Positions 42,148 through 51,683 of a stretch of DNA of 54,092 bases are shown piece after piece (position 1 is the stretch's first letter; each line of letters opens with the position of its first letter). The position numbers and the translations under genes are program-made. The stretch covers positions 1 through 54,092 of the forward strand of contig JAAZFE010000045.1 of the NCBI GenBank assembly GCA_012511885.1, in the 5' to 3' direction. The notes below the pieces were generated by a model that was not told the DNA's origin, searched no databases, and worked only from the letters and a program-made list of their open reading frames with translations. Source of the DNA: Lentisphaerota bacterium. Its GTDB lineage: Bacteria > Verrucomicrobiota > Kiritimatiellia > CAIQIC01 > Lenti-01.

Positions 42148-44811
42148 TTATTTTTTTACCAGCCTGCCTGAAACGTTTACGACATCGCTTGTGGCAACCT
42201 GCCGATTTGAACCATGAACAACCAAAGGAAGTGGCAGGCTTGGCGCTTCCGGGAGGCCGTTGTTCCATATCATCAGGGCGTTAAGCGCGCCCTGTCTCCA
42301 CGGAATGAATAAGTCTCGATCCAATGTCAGCTGATCCCAAGCCGGATCCAATTCAACCCATATATCAGGGGATTGTGTCTCGATATGCAGCACGAGCACT
42401 TCGCCAAAGTGTGGATACATGTCCGGCTCCAAGTATATCAGGCCTCTGAAACCAACCTCATCCGTTGCCCTCATCTCTTCCGCTATCTCTATTCGATAGG
42501 ATAACGGCGATAAGGTTAATCCATTGACCCCCATTGTAGCATACCGTTGCCTGACTGATGTCACCGGTACGAAGGAATTGCGCATTGTCGTCTTGGGAAA
42601 CAAGGCAATGTCTCCGTGGGCGAGGCGTGTGAATGTAAATGGCTTAAGGCTATATATGCCGCGACGCCCCAATTGTCGATAATATGGATCTGGTATGTAC
42701 ACGGACGCCGCCGATTGTCCAAGGGTCGATAAATCAAAAAAATTGTTCAACCGTTCCAGCGCAGGGTCGATAATGCCTAGCCGTCGTTCCGGCCTGGCGG
42801 TCCATACTGTATAGGTCGAACGCTTAAAGACCCGAGCCAAAGGTGCCGTCCCATTCGCCACGGAATAAACAAAGTGCCCCAAAAGAAGTATCGCACAGCT
42901 GGCCGGCACAATGATTCCCAACTCCCTCCGACAACGCGCAGCATCCCGCCCTAAAACTCCAATCCCAGCGCCAAACAGAAGGGATACCAGCAACTGAGCG
43001 GGCATTACATTTCGCCAGTCGTAGGCCGCCCGATGGAGCCAAACAACAACCAGCACCGCAGCGCCAATTGCTATAACCCAGAGCCGTTTGTCACGTGTCC
43101 CTCCCCAGAGGAGGCAGCCCCCCAGAAGAATTGCAGATATGAGATTCTGGCTTGCCCGCCCGGTACCATATGTCCGCCTCGCGGGAATGCCGTGATAATT
43201 TCCAATATAGCGATTCCCCGCCTCTTTAGGGCCTATTTTGTTCAAATGAGGATAACCCGCAGATATTGTGAAACTGTGCAGTCTTGGATCCCGGTCGGCT
43301 ATTCCTGTGCGATCCAGAATGAATTGATGGGCGTAGAATGGCGCAACCAGGAACAATCCGCACACCAAGCCAATTCCTGTAATTCGTCTAATACTTCCAG
43401 GGACACATCTCGTCCGGGCTAGACTGCTCGAAAATCCAAATAATATCGCTCCCGCGATCAAGCCCTGGGCTTTTGTGAAAAACATGGCATAAAAACCCAA
43501 ACTTATCGGCACAGCTTCCAGATGGATGCCCCTCCCGCATGACCAACCGAGCGATCCTCGACTTGCCAACAAGGCGCCAACGGCACTGATCATCGCGAGC
43601 AGCGGCCATTCGACATATCCGGAAAGCATTCCTCCAGTAAACAGATCGCCTGCGAAAAGGAATAGGAGCCCATAACCCCAGGCATAACCCAATGCATTCA
43701 ACCATCGGATCAAACCAAGAGCAGCCACGACCGGATACATCCACATGGTGGCTTGGAGTAATATCTGGAAAGAAGAGTAGCTCTTCGTCCACTCGTCCGT
43801 GATTTTGTAAAACACGGAGTGGATACTAGGGAGTAGTTGCGGATAGCTACCCATCAAATAGGTGCCTATCGCATGTCGCTCCGCCATGTCGCATGCCCAT
43901 TTGTCCCAGGAAACAACGGCATCCCACCATAGGAACGGTTGCCCGGCCACCTGTGCAGAACGACTCATAATCAGAACCCCCACGACTGCAATCGAAAGCA
44001 GTTCGGGTATTTTAGCTCTCCCACACCAGGCAGTATAACGTCCCCACAAACCCGGGACGCCATAACGCGGAAAAGAATAGATTCCGCCAGCCAGCACGAT
44101 TAACAGCCAAAGGATCAGTATGGTTTTGGTATATGCCCCACACATGTACAAGGTGAAGATGACCAACGACGTGATCGCGCCACTGCTCAACCACACCATT
44201 AAGATATGATCCAGAAGATGCTTGGATGAAAACCCAAGCAACCTGTGCAGGCATAGTCCTGGCGCAATGAACACGGCTGCAGCCAAAAGGAGAAAACCAA
44301 TCAGCTCCCACCTCCCATTGACGGCTGTGCTCCACCATTGGAATCCGGCGCCAAGCAGTAATCCGCTCAGCAGAACAGGCAGAGCGTAAACAACGATTTG
44401 GGAAAATACTTTCCTTATAAATAATCTCTGCCTTGGGCAGAAGGCCAATATTAGCACTGCCAGCATTGAGACCCCCATGGCCACACGCATCTGGAACAAG
44501 TGCTGTTTGAGGGCCCGAAATCTTTTCCCCTCTTCCGATCTGTGCAGGATCTGGCGCGTCCATTCAATATCCCATTTCCCAGAGAGAAGATGTTGAACGT
44601 GGTTGTGAAGCCCCCCGGCATCCGCCTCCCGCCCCAATTCTGTGCGATAGGCATCCTCCACCAATACTCGATAGGCATCCTCGGCGACAGTGTCCTGCCC
44701 TCGTATTGATTCTCCGAATACGCCTTGATCCAAAGTCAAGAACACTGCAAATAACAAAAATAAATATTTTATTTTATGGCAGGATAATGCTCTCAACCAT
44801 TTGGTTGTCAC
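42148..44811 (-). CDS. Very large polytopic membrane protein with N-terminal DUF4214-like domain; unknown function (A/T-richer gene)
   Basis: DUF4214-like AYRVLVEDAYRTELGREADAGGLHNHVQHLLSG, then more than 14 hydrophobic segments and a ~230-aa C-terminal soluble domain. The proposed GTG start at 44811 overlaps the upstream TGA (GTGA). The longest ORF starts at 44871. Confidence 0.75.
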   Translation of the reverse strand: MTTKWLRALSCHKIKYLFLLFAVFLTLDQGVFGESIRGQDTVAEDAYRVLVEDAYRTELGREADAGGLHNHVQHLLSGKWDIEWTRQILHRSEEGKRFRALKQHLFQMRVAMGVSMLAVLILAFCPRQRLFIRKVFSQIVVYALPVLLSGLLLGAGFQWWSTAVNGRWELIGFLLLAAAVFIAPGLCLHRLLGFSSKHLLDHILMVWLSSGAITSLVIFTLYMCGAYTKTILILWLLIVLAGGIYSFPRYGVPGLWGRYTAWCGRAKIPELLSIAVVGVLIMSRSAQVAGQPFLWWDAVVSWDKWACDMAERHAIGTYLMGSYPQLLPSIHSVFYKITDEWTKSYSSFQILLQATMWMYPVVAALGLIRWLNALGYAWGYGLLFLFAGDLFTGGMLSGYVEWPLLAMISAVGALLASRGSLGWSCGRGIHLEAVPISLGFYAMFFTKAQGLIAGAILFGFSSSLARTRCVPGSIRRITGIGLVCGLFLVAPFYAHQFILDRTGIADRDPRLHSFTISAGYPHLNKIGPKEAGNRYIGNYHGIPARRTYGTGRASQNLISAILLGGCLLWGGTRDKRLWVIAIGAAVLVVVWLHRAAYDWRNVMPAQLLVSLLFGAGIGVLGRDAARCRRELGIIVPASCAILLLGHFVYSVANGTAPLARVFKRSTYTVWTARPERRLGIIDPALERLNNFFDLSTLGQSAASVYIPDPYYRQLGRRGIYSLKPFTFTRLAHGDIALFPKTTMRNSFVPVTSVRQRYATMGVNGLTLSPLSYRIEIAEEMRATDEVGFRGLIYLEPDMYPHFGEVLVLHIETQSPDIWVELDPAWDQLTLDRDLFIPWRQGALNALMIWNNGLPEAPSLPLPLVVHGSNRQVATSDVVNVSGRLVKK

Positions 44812-45944
44812 GGCATGCACCCAGCGACTTTCACTAATACCTGCCATAAGCCGGCTGCGCTGGCCTCCCACGTAAAACTGGCGGCACGGGTCTTGGCCAT
44901 ACGTACCAGACGCGTCCGATCCTCACGGGGCAGTTGAATCGCCTCCCGCATGGCCGCGGCGAATGCTGCTTCATCGCGGCCGTCCGCATAGCGCACCGCG
45001 TCCCCGCCCACTTCCGAAATGGCGCCCTCCCGCGTGGTCAGCACCGGCACCCCCGCCGCCATCGCTTCCAGCACCGGCAGTCCGAACCCCTCATACAGCG
45101 ATGGGAAAACAAACCAGTCAGCCCCCTGATAAAGCGGACGCATACTCTGACAAGGCAATTCCCGCAGACGCACCACATCTCCCCGGGGGATCCCTTCCAG
45201 CGCGGCTTTCACCTCGGCTTCTCCCCGCCGCGGCTTGCCCACCAGCACCAGCCGATGCGGAAACTCCCCCGTCAACCGGCCGAAAGCCCGAATCAGCAAC
45301 GCGAGGTTTTTGTGCGGATAGCTGTGCGCCACGCATAGCAGATAAGGCCGCCCCCGCACCTCCCCGGGCGGCGGTCCCGCCGCCTCCCCGAACGCCGGAT
45401 CCACCCCCGGATAAGTCACCGCAATCTTGGACGGTGCAATCCCGATAAAACTTGCGATTTCCGACTTCGAAAACTCGGAAATGGCCACCACCGTCCGGCT
45501 CCGCCACGCCGCCAGCGGATACAACACATCCATCGTGCGTGCCGCCAGCCAGGATACGTCCTCGGGAAAGCGTTTGTACTGCATGTCCAGCAAAGTGGCC
45601 ACCTGCGGACAGGCACAAACGGCCGGCGCCGTATATCCCGGCGACCACAGCACATCCACGCACGCCCGCTTGACCAACCAGGGCAACCGCAACTGCTCGA
45701 CCACAATCCGGGAGTAACGGTTGGTCGCGGCCACTCGCAATTCGATCACCTCCGCCCCGGGAAATTCAGCGCGCAATTTCTCCGCGTTCTCCAAGTTGGC
45801 GAACAACACCAGCTCCGGTACGTCGTCCCGGCGTGTCAGCGCTCGCAAAGTCTCCAGCAAATAGGTTTCCGACCCCCCCACTTCGCCAGGCAGATAAAAC
45901 AGAGTGTTGACTCCCAGACGCACGGCATCAAGGCCTTCGGACAA
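44808..45944 (-). CDS. Family 1 (GT4-like) glycosyltransferase
   Basis: GVNTLFYLPGEVGGSETY...; C-terminal FPSLYEGFGLPVLEAMAAGVPVLT. Start is TTG at 45944 or GTG at 45923. Confidence 0.9.
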   Translation of the reverse strand: MSEGLDAVRLGVNTLFYLPGEVGGSETYLLETLRALTRRDDVPELVLFANLENAEKLRAEFPGAEVIELRVAATNRYSRIVVEQLRLPWLVKRACVDVLWSPGYTAPAVCACPQVATLLDMQYKRFPEDVSWLAARTMDVLYPLAAWRSRTVVAISEFSKSEIASFIGIAPSKIAVTYPGVDPAFGEAAGPPPGEVRGRPYLLCVAHSYPHKNLALLIRAFGRLTGEFPHRLVLVGKPRRGEAEVKAALEGIPRGDVVRLRELPCQSMRPLYQGADWFVFPSLYEGFGLPVLEAMAAGVPVLTTREGAISEVGGDAVRYADGRDEAAFAAAMREAIQLPREDRTRLVRMAKTRAASFTWEASAAGLWQVLVKVAGCMP

Positions 45945-46068
45945 CCCCGGTTGAAAGGATACAGCTCATTACCGTCGTCTATACCAAAGGACCTCGCTCA
46001 TCGCCACGTTCATTTTTTCACATTTGAATTGCCCGATTCGCCGCGGAATGGCTAGGGTTTGTTACGCA

Positions 46069-47004
46069 ATGGCCACCGATTTGAAATCTTCGCCCTCCGC
46101 CAGCGTTGTCGTGGTCATTCCCCACCTGAACCGCTTGGCCGACACCGCGGAATGCTGCCGGTCCCTCGCCACGCAAACCCTCCCGCCCGACTTGGTGGTG
46201 GTGGTGGACAACGCCTCAACCGCCCATACTGCGGAGGAATTGGCTGCGGCTTGCCCCCGGGCTGAAGTTCTCCGCCTGGAGCGCAATCTGGGTTTCGCCG
46301 GCGGTGTCAACGCGGGCATCCGCAAGGCCTTGTCCACACGAGAATTCGACTATATCTGGGTACTCAACAACGACACCTTCTGCCCTCCCGAAACCTTGCG
46401 GCAGCTTGTCGCCGCAGCCGTTGCCAACCCGCGGGCCGGCCTGACAGCCTGCCCGCTCCTGGAAAAAGGCAAGGCCATCCCCCCGGGAAAAAATCTGCTG
46501 ATGCCCTGGGCCGTGCCCAGGCCGGCCAAGGCGGATCAAACCCCCAATTATCTGTCCGGCGCCAGCTTGTTGATACGGCGCAAGCTGCTCGACGACATCG
46601 GCCTCTTCGACGAAGGCTTTTTCTTTTTTTTCGAAGACGCCGACCTGAGCCGTCGCGCGCTCGACAACGGCTGGCAACTCGTCGTAGTACCCGACACCTG
46701 CATTGAACACTACGGTTCATCCACCATCCGTCGCATGAGCGAACTCCAGGCCCGCACCTACCGCGCCGGCCACGTGCGCTATCTTCGCAAACACACCCGC
46801 TGGCCCCGAATGCGCGCCCTCCCCCCCTTCCTGTTTCGTGCCGTCGCTAACCTGCTCCAACTACGCTTGAGCGCTCTGTGCGGATCGTATCGCGGCTGGC
46901 GCGATGGCTGGCGGACCTCCCTCTTGCCAAGCGGGACCAACCCCGGCATGGTGAAGCTCAACGCAGATGAAACGCGCTCATCCAACCCGGCAAGACCCTC
47001 CTGA
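46069..47004 (+). CDS. Family 2 glycosyltransferase
   Basis: VVVVIPHLNRLADTAECCRSL...VVVDNAST...VLNNDT...FEDADLS. ATG at 46069; alternatives at 46048 and 46024. Confidence 0.88.
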   Translation: MATDLKSSPSASVVVVIPHLNRLADTAECCRSLATQTLPPDLVVVVDNASTAHTAEELAAACPRAEVLRLERNLGFAGGVNAGIRKALSTREFDYIWVLNNDTFCPPETLRQLVAAAVANPRAGLTACPLLEKGKAIPPGKNLLMPWAVPRPAKADQTPNYLSGASLLIRRKLLDDIGLFDEGFFFFFEDADLSRRALDNGWQLVVVPDTCIEHYGSSTIRRMSELQARTYRAGHVRYLRKHTRWPRMRALPPFLFRAVANLLQLRLSALCGSYRGWRDGWRTSLLPSGTNPGMVKLNADETRSSNPARPS

Positions 47005-48938
47005 TGGCTCCTCCTGACCAGCCTAGACGCCTTGGCGTTTTTCTGTTCTACGATCCCGACGGCATCGTGGACGACTACATCCCTCATCTCCTCCGGGACA
47101 TGCGCGCCAATCTCACCGATCTCGTCATCATGGCGAACGGCAAGCTGTCCGATCCAGGCCGACGCAAACTGGAGGAATTTTCCCGCGAAATCCATGTCCG
47201 CCCCAATCAAGGCTTTGATGTCGGCGCCTGGCGGGAGGCTCTGGTCCAACATGTCGGCCGTGAACGCCTCAAGGAGTACGACGAGCTGGTACTGTTCAAC
47301 GACTCTTTCTTCGGCCCCCTGTATCCCTTTGCCGATATTTTCAACGAGATGGCCGGGCGTGGCCGCGACTTCTGGGGACTGACCGTCCACGGCGAGACCC
47401 GGGGCACCGGCCTCTCCCCCTACGGCCATCGCCCGCGCTATCTGCAAACCTATTTCCTGGTTTTCGGCTCCCGCCTGCTCGCCGATCCGCGATTTTTCGA
47501 GTTCTGGGAAAATCAGCCCGTTTATCAGCACTTCGGCGAACTGGCCGACCGCTTTGCCGGGGTGCTCACCCGCCATTTTGCTGACCTCGGCTACACTTGG
47601 GGCGCTTTCGCCGACACCACCGATTTGGAAAGCGACCCGCAACGCAACTTCGATCACCACACATTCAACATCTATGAGCTGATCGCCCATCGCCGCTATC
47701 CCGTCATCAAGCGCCGCTCCTTTCAGGTCTCGAAAGAAACCTATCTGCGTTTCGGTAGCGGGACGGACCTGAGCAACGCGCTGGATTATATCCGCGCCCA
47801 CTACGACTACGATCTGAACCTGATGTTCGCCCACCTGCTGCGGCGCTTCGACCCCGGCACGCTCAAAGACAACCTCAACCTGAACTTCATCCTGCCAGCC
47901 AATTCACCCACGACCCCCGCACCGTCGCCCCAACGCAAGGCCCTTCTCGTCGCGCACCTGTTCTATCCCGACCTCTTCGCCTATAGCCTCAGCCATTTGC
48001 GCCACATTCCCCCGAAAGTCGATCTGCTGATCACCACCGACACTGCCGCCAAGCAACAGGAACTCGAACGTATGCTCGCCGCTGAACCCGCGCGGCCGGG
48101 AACCGTGCTGCACGTCGAGTCCCGAGGCCGGGACTGGGGCGCGCTGCTCGTCGGCTGCAAATACCAGCTGGAAGGCTACGACTACCTCGGGTTCATCCAC
48201 GACAAGAAATCCCTCCAGAAAGAGTATGTCACCGTCGGCGCCTCGTTCCGCGACATGCTCTGGCACAACCTGCTCGCCAGTCCGGGCTACATCCGCGACA
48301 TCATCGCCACCTTCGAAGCCAACCCCTGGCTGGGCCTCCTGGTGCCCCCCCCGCCCCTGCACGGCACCTATTTCAAATCCGGCCTCGACCGCTGGACTAT
48401 TTGCTTCGATGAAACCGTGCGGCTGGCACAAAAACTGGACCTCCGGGCCCGCCCGAATAAACAGCACCAGCCCATCGCCGTTGGTTCCGTGTTCTGGTGC
48501 CGCACCGATGCCCTGCAACCTCTATTCGCGGTCAACTGGGACTACTCGGATTTCCCGCCCGAACCCCTGCCCAACGATGGTTCCCTCAACCATGCCCTGG
48601 AGCGCATCCTCCCCTTGGTGGCCCAGTCGCAGGGCTATCTGACCGGCTGGGTGCTCACCGACCGCTACGCCTCCACCGAAATCGCCAACCTCCACTACAT
48701 GGTGGCCGCCACACGCGATGCCCTGAAAGGAACCCCCGGGCTCCATTTCGCCACCTTCGCCACCTTCCGCCAGTCGCTCACCACCCTGCGCCGTGTTCTC
48801 CGGCTGCCCGGCCTCTATGGCACTCTGAATTTTTTTCGCAACATGATCGATGCCGCCGCCCGGTTCAGCCCGAATTTTGTGCGTCGCTGGCGAACCCGCC
48901 AGCTCCTGCGCCGGGCTGCCTCCCAGGAGCGGCCATGA
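47004..48938 (+). CDS. Rhamnan synthesis protein F (RgpF)-family glycosyltransferase, two-domain
   Basis: LGVFLFYDPDGIVDDYIPHLL...NQGFDVGAW in the N-terminal half, and a second related module (LLVAHLFYPDLF...SRGRDWGAL) in the C-terminal half. The ATG overlaps the upstream TGA. Confidence 0.85.
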   Translation: MAPPDQPRRLGVFLFYDPDGIVDDYIPHLLRDMRANLTDLVIMANGKLSDPGRRKLEEFSREIHVRPNQGFDVGAWREALVQHVGRERLKEYDELVLFNDSFFGPLYPFADIFNEMAGRGRDFWGLTVHGETRGTGLSPYGHRPRYLQTYFLVFGSRLLADPRFFEFWENQPVYQHFGELADRFAGVLTRHFADLGYTWGAFADTTDLESDPQRNFDHHTFNIYELIAHRRYPVIKRRSFQVSKETYLRFGSGTDLSNALDYIRAHYDYDLNLMFAHLLRRFDPGTLKDNLNLNFILPANSPTTPAPSPQRKALLVAHLFYPDLFAYSLSHLRHIPPKVDLLITTDTAAKQQELERMLAAEPARPGTVLHVESRGRDWGALLVGCKYQLEGYDYLGFIHDKKSLQKEYVTVGASFRDMLWHNLLASPGYIRDIIATFEANPWLGLLVPPPPLHGTYFKSGLDRWTICFDETVRLAQKLDLRARPNKQHQPIAVGSVFWCRTDALQPLFAVNWDYSDFPPEPLPNDGSLNHALERILPLVAQSQGYLTGWVLTDRYASTEIANLHYMVAATRDALKGTPGLHFATFATFRQSLTTLRRVLRLPGLYGTLNFFRNMIDAAARFSPNFVRRWRTRQLLRRAASQERP

Positions 48939-50728
48939 CTCCCGCCGCTCCCGCCCATGCGCCGCTATTCGGCGTCAGCCAGCCGGATCAACTGCGCTTC
49001 TCACGCCAAGAACGTCGCCTGCTCAAGATAGTCCAGCGCCACAACGAACGGGAATTCAACCAGATCGCCCTGCAGAAAAATTCGCGCGAACTGGCCCTCG
49101 AACTCTGTTTCGAACGCCATAATTGCATCCACTGGCTGCCCATCGGCACAACCGAAACCGTCTTGGAAATCGGCGCGGGCGTGGGCGCACTCACTGGCGG
49201 CTGGGCCAACCAAGCCGCCCAAGTAGTGGCCGTGGAACTCGCGCCTCAGCGGGCCTGCATCAATGCCATCCGGCACCGCAACCGCGACAACGTCGAAATC
49301 CACGCGGGCCCCTTTCCCGACACCGTCTCCCGTTTGGCCGCCCGACAGTTCAACATCATCGCCCTCATCGGCACCCTGCCCATGGCTGAACAGTATGTCG
49401 GCCCCGGAGAAAATCCCGCTCAACGCCTGCTCGCCAGCTTGCGCAACCTGCTGACAGATGACGGACGCGTGATCATCGCCCTCCCCAATCGGTTCGGCCT
49501 GAAATATTGGGCGGGAAGCGCTGAAAACACTGCGGACCGTCCCTTCACCCATTTGAAAGGCCTACCTGACTCTGCAGGCGGCCGACCCTTCTCCAAAACG
49601 GACCTCGAACAGGTGGCCCGAGCCAGCGGCTTCGCCAGCGCGACCTTCTTCTACCCCTATCCCGACTACCGCTTCACCAGCGTCATCTACTCCCACGACC
49701 GCCTCCCCACGCGGAGCGAACTGTGCTTCAACCAATTACCTTGGGACGCCCAAACCATGGCGCTCTTTCATCCCGGCAAAGTTTTCGATGAGCTGATCCG
49801 CCACAACATGTTCCCCATGTTTTCCAATTCATACCTGATCGTGCTCCAGAAAAACATTCCGTCTGCTCCGGCACCGGAAGACCACCGGATCATCTACTCG
49901 AAACTATCCACCAAACGCCGCCGACCCTACCAGATTCGCACCGACATCCTGATGGATGGCCGTGGCGACCGTGTCATTCGCAAGCGCGCCTACTCCCCCG
50001 CCACTCAAGCGCATGTTGAGAATCTGATCCGATACCACGACGCCCTCGCTCAGCTCTATGCCGGCACCAAACTGGTTCCCAATCGTGGTCACCTCCGCCA
50101 AGGTGCCGCCGAACTCGAATACATCCTGGGACCATCTCTGGCAGATCAAGCGCTCGAACAGCTCCAACAAGGACAATGCGCTGCCTTCATGGAGCTGATG
50201 GCAGACTTTTTCCACACGGTCCGCTCCCTGGCCACCGAAGACTTTCACCCCACCGACCCGTTCCACCAAGTCTTCGGCAAACCGCGCCTGCCCGCCGGCC
50301 TGAAATCGGCGCCCATCAGCAACATCGATTTGATCCTGCCCAACATCATCGTCCACGACAATCGCTGGCATGTCATCGATTACGAATGGACGTTTGCTTT
50401 CCCCGTCCCCGTGGACTTTATTCTCTTCCGAACCCTGCACTATCTGTTCGCCCACAACCGCGAGACAGACGCGCTTCTCGAAACCCGGGACGACCTGTAT
50501 CGAATGGCCGATATCGTCGGCAACCTCCGCTCCTACCTGAAAATGGAGCTGGCGCTGCAAAACTACATTGTGGCGCCCGGCACATTCGTGCAGGACTTGG
50601 CGCCGGGCAACCTGTTCGTTCCCCGAAAAAGCCGCTTTGCGCTGGAAACCCTCCTCATACGGTGGCTCCCCCGCAGCGTGTCGGAGCAGCTGGCTCATTT
50701 CAAGCAATTGTGGACCGGCCGCGCCTGA
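48935..50728 (+). CDS. Bifunctional-looking SAM methyltransferase plus kinase-like (APH/ChoK-type) protein, WbdD-like
   Basis: The N-terminal half has VLEIGAGVGALTG (SAM motif I). The C-terminal half has NIDLILPNIIV...HVIDYEW, resembling the HxDxxxxN...D kinase loops. The ATG at 48935 overlaps the RgpF TGA (ATGA). Confidence 0.8.
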   Translation: MTPAAPAHAPLFGVSQPDQLRFSRQERRLLKIVQRHNEREFNQIALQKNSRELALELCFERHNCIHWLPIGTTETVLEIGAGVGALTGGWANQAAQVVAVELAPQRACINAIRHRNRDNVEIHAGPFPDTVSRLAARQFNIIALIGTLPMAEQYVGPGENPAQRLLASLRNLLTDDGRVIIALPNRFGLKYWAGSAENTADRPFTHLKGLPDSAGGRPFSKTDLEQVARASGFASATFFYPYPDYRFTSVIYSHDRLPTRSELCFNQLPWDAQTMALFHPGKVFDELIRHNMFPMFSNSYLIVLQKNIPSAPAPEDHRIIYSKLSTKRRRPYQIRTDILMDGRGDRVIRKRAYSPATQAHVENLIRYHDALAQLYAGTKLVPNRGHLRQGAAELEYILGPSLADQALEQLQQGQCAAFMELMADFFHTVRSLATEDFHPTDPFHQVFGKPRLPAGLKSAPISNIDLILPNIIVHDNRWHVIDYEWTFAFPVPVDFILFRTLHYLFAHNRETDALLETRDDLYRMADIVGNLRSYLKMELALQNYIVAPGTFVQDLAPGNLFVPRKSRFALETLLIRWLPRSVSEQLAHFKQLWTGRA

Positions 50729-50747
50729 GTCGACGGGCCCCCGCGCT

Positions 50748-51683
50748 TTAATCCGTCTCCGTTGACGTGTCCACATCCCGCCCGCGAAACAAACTCCCCA
50801 CCAAGGCGCGGAGCATCAATGCCAGCGGTCGGCACGGCACATGGCGCGGCCCTTGCCAGATGGCACGCAGACCCAATCCCCACGCCTGCCGGTATTGCTC
50901 CGCCGCATAATGCTGCTCCACCGCCCGCCACATGGCTTGGCTGGCGCCCCGACGGGCATTGCGCCGCAGCTGACGTGACTCGCGCGCCGAAAACAGATCG
51001 TCGTGCTTGGCCAGAATTTTCTCGGCCAACTCCACCTGGCGAAATTGCGCCCGCCCCAAGCCGCTGATGCTGCCACCGTGCACGCGGACATGCATCAGGC
51101 CGCCGGGCAGACGCTCACCGCGATACCCCATTTTCGCCAGCGTTAAATAAAAGTCGTAATCGCCCTGTCCATCGTTGAAGTTCGCGTCAAACCCGGCCTC
51201 GCGAGCCGCGCCGCGGCGAATCAGCGAACTCATCACCACATAATTACCCCGCTTCAGACGCGCCAAGCTGAAGTCAGGAAACTCCCGGACATCGTTCATT
51301 TCACCAAACCGGGTAATGTCGGGATAAACAAACGCCAACGTCGGGTCGTTGCGTTGGCTCGCCACCATGGCCAGAGCCTTCTCCAAAAAATCGGGCTCGA
51401 TCCAGTCGTCCGCATCGAGGTTCAAAAACCACTCGCCCCTCAGTTCGGCCAGCATCGCCTGCCGGATGGCGTACACGCCCTGGTGCTCAAAGCGGCGATA
51501 AGTCACCGCGTTGCCGTAACGCGCGACAATCTCTGCCGTGTTGTCGGTGCTGCCGTCGTCAGCCACCACGATCTCCAGCGGCTTCACGGTCTGCGCCAGC
51601 GCGCTGTCAATGGCCTGCGGCAGAAAGCGCGCGTAGTTAAACGTCGGGATCAATATCGAAACCGTGGGCAAATCAGGGTTCAT
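50748..51683 (-). CDS. Family 2 glycosyltransferase
   Basis: VSILIPTFNYARFLPQAIDSAL...VVADDGSTDNT...NLDADDW. Confidence 0.9.
   Translation of the reverse strand: MNPDLPTVSILIPTFNYARFLPQAIDSALAQTVKPLEIVVADDGSTDNTAEIVARYGNAVTYRRFEHQGVYAIRQAMLAELRGEWFLNLDADDWIEPDFLEKALAMVASQRNDPTLAFVYPDITRFGEMNDVREFPDFSLARLKRGNYVVMSSLIRRGAAREAGFDANFNDGQGDYDFYLTLAKMGYRGERLPGGLMHVRVHGGSISGLGRAQFRQVELAEKILAKHDDLFSARESRQLRRNARRGASQAMWRAVEQHYAAEQYRQAWGLGLRAIWQGPRHVPCRPLALMLRALVGSLFRGRDVDTSTETD

Noticed and set aside
48497-48934. Upstream extension of the methyltransferase ORF (the track start is 48497)
   Set aside because: The extension overlaps the 3' end of the RgpF gene and translates to Pro/Arg/His-rich sequence. 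The ATG at 48935 forms an ATGA junction with the RgpF stop.
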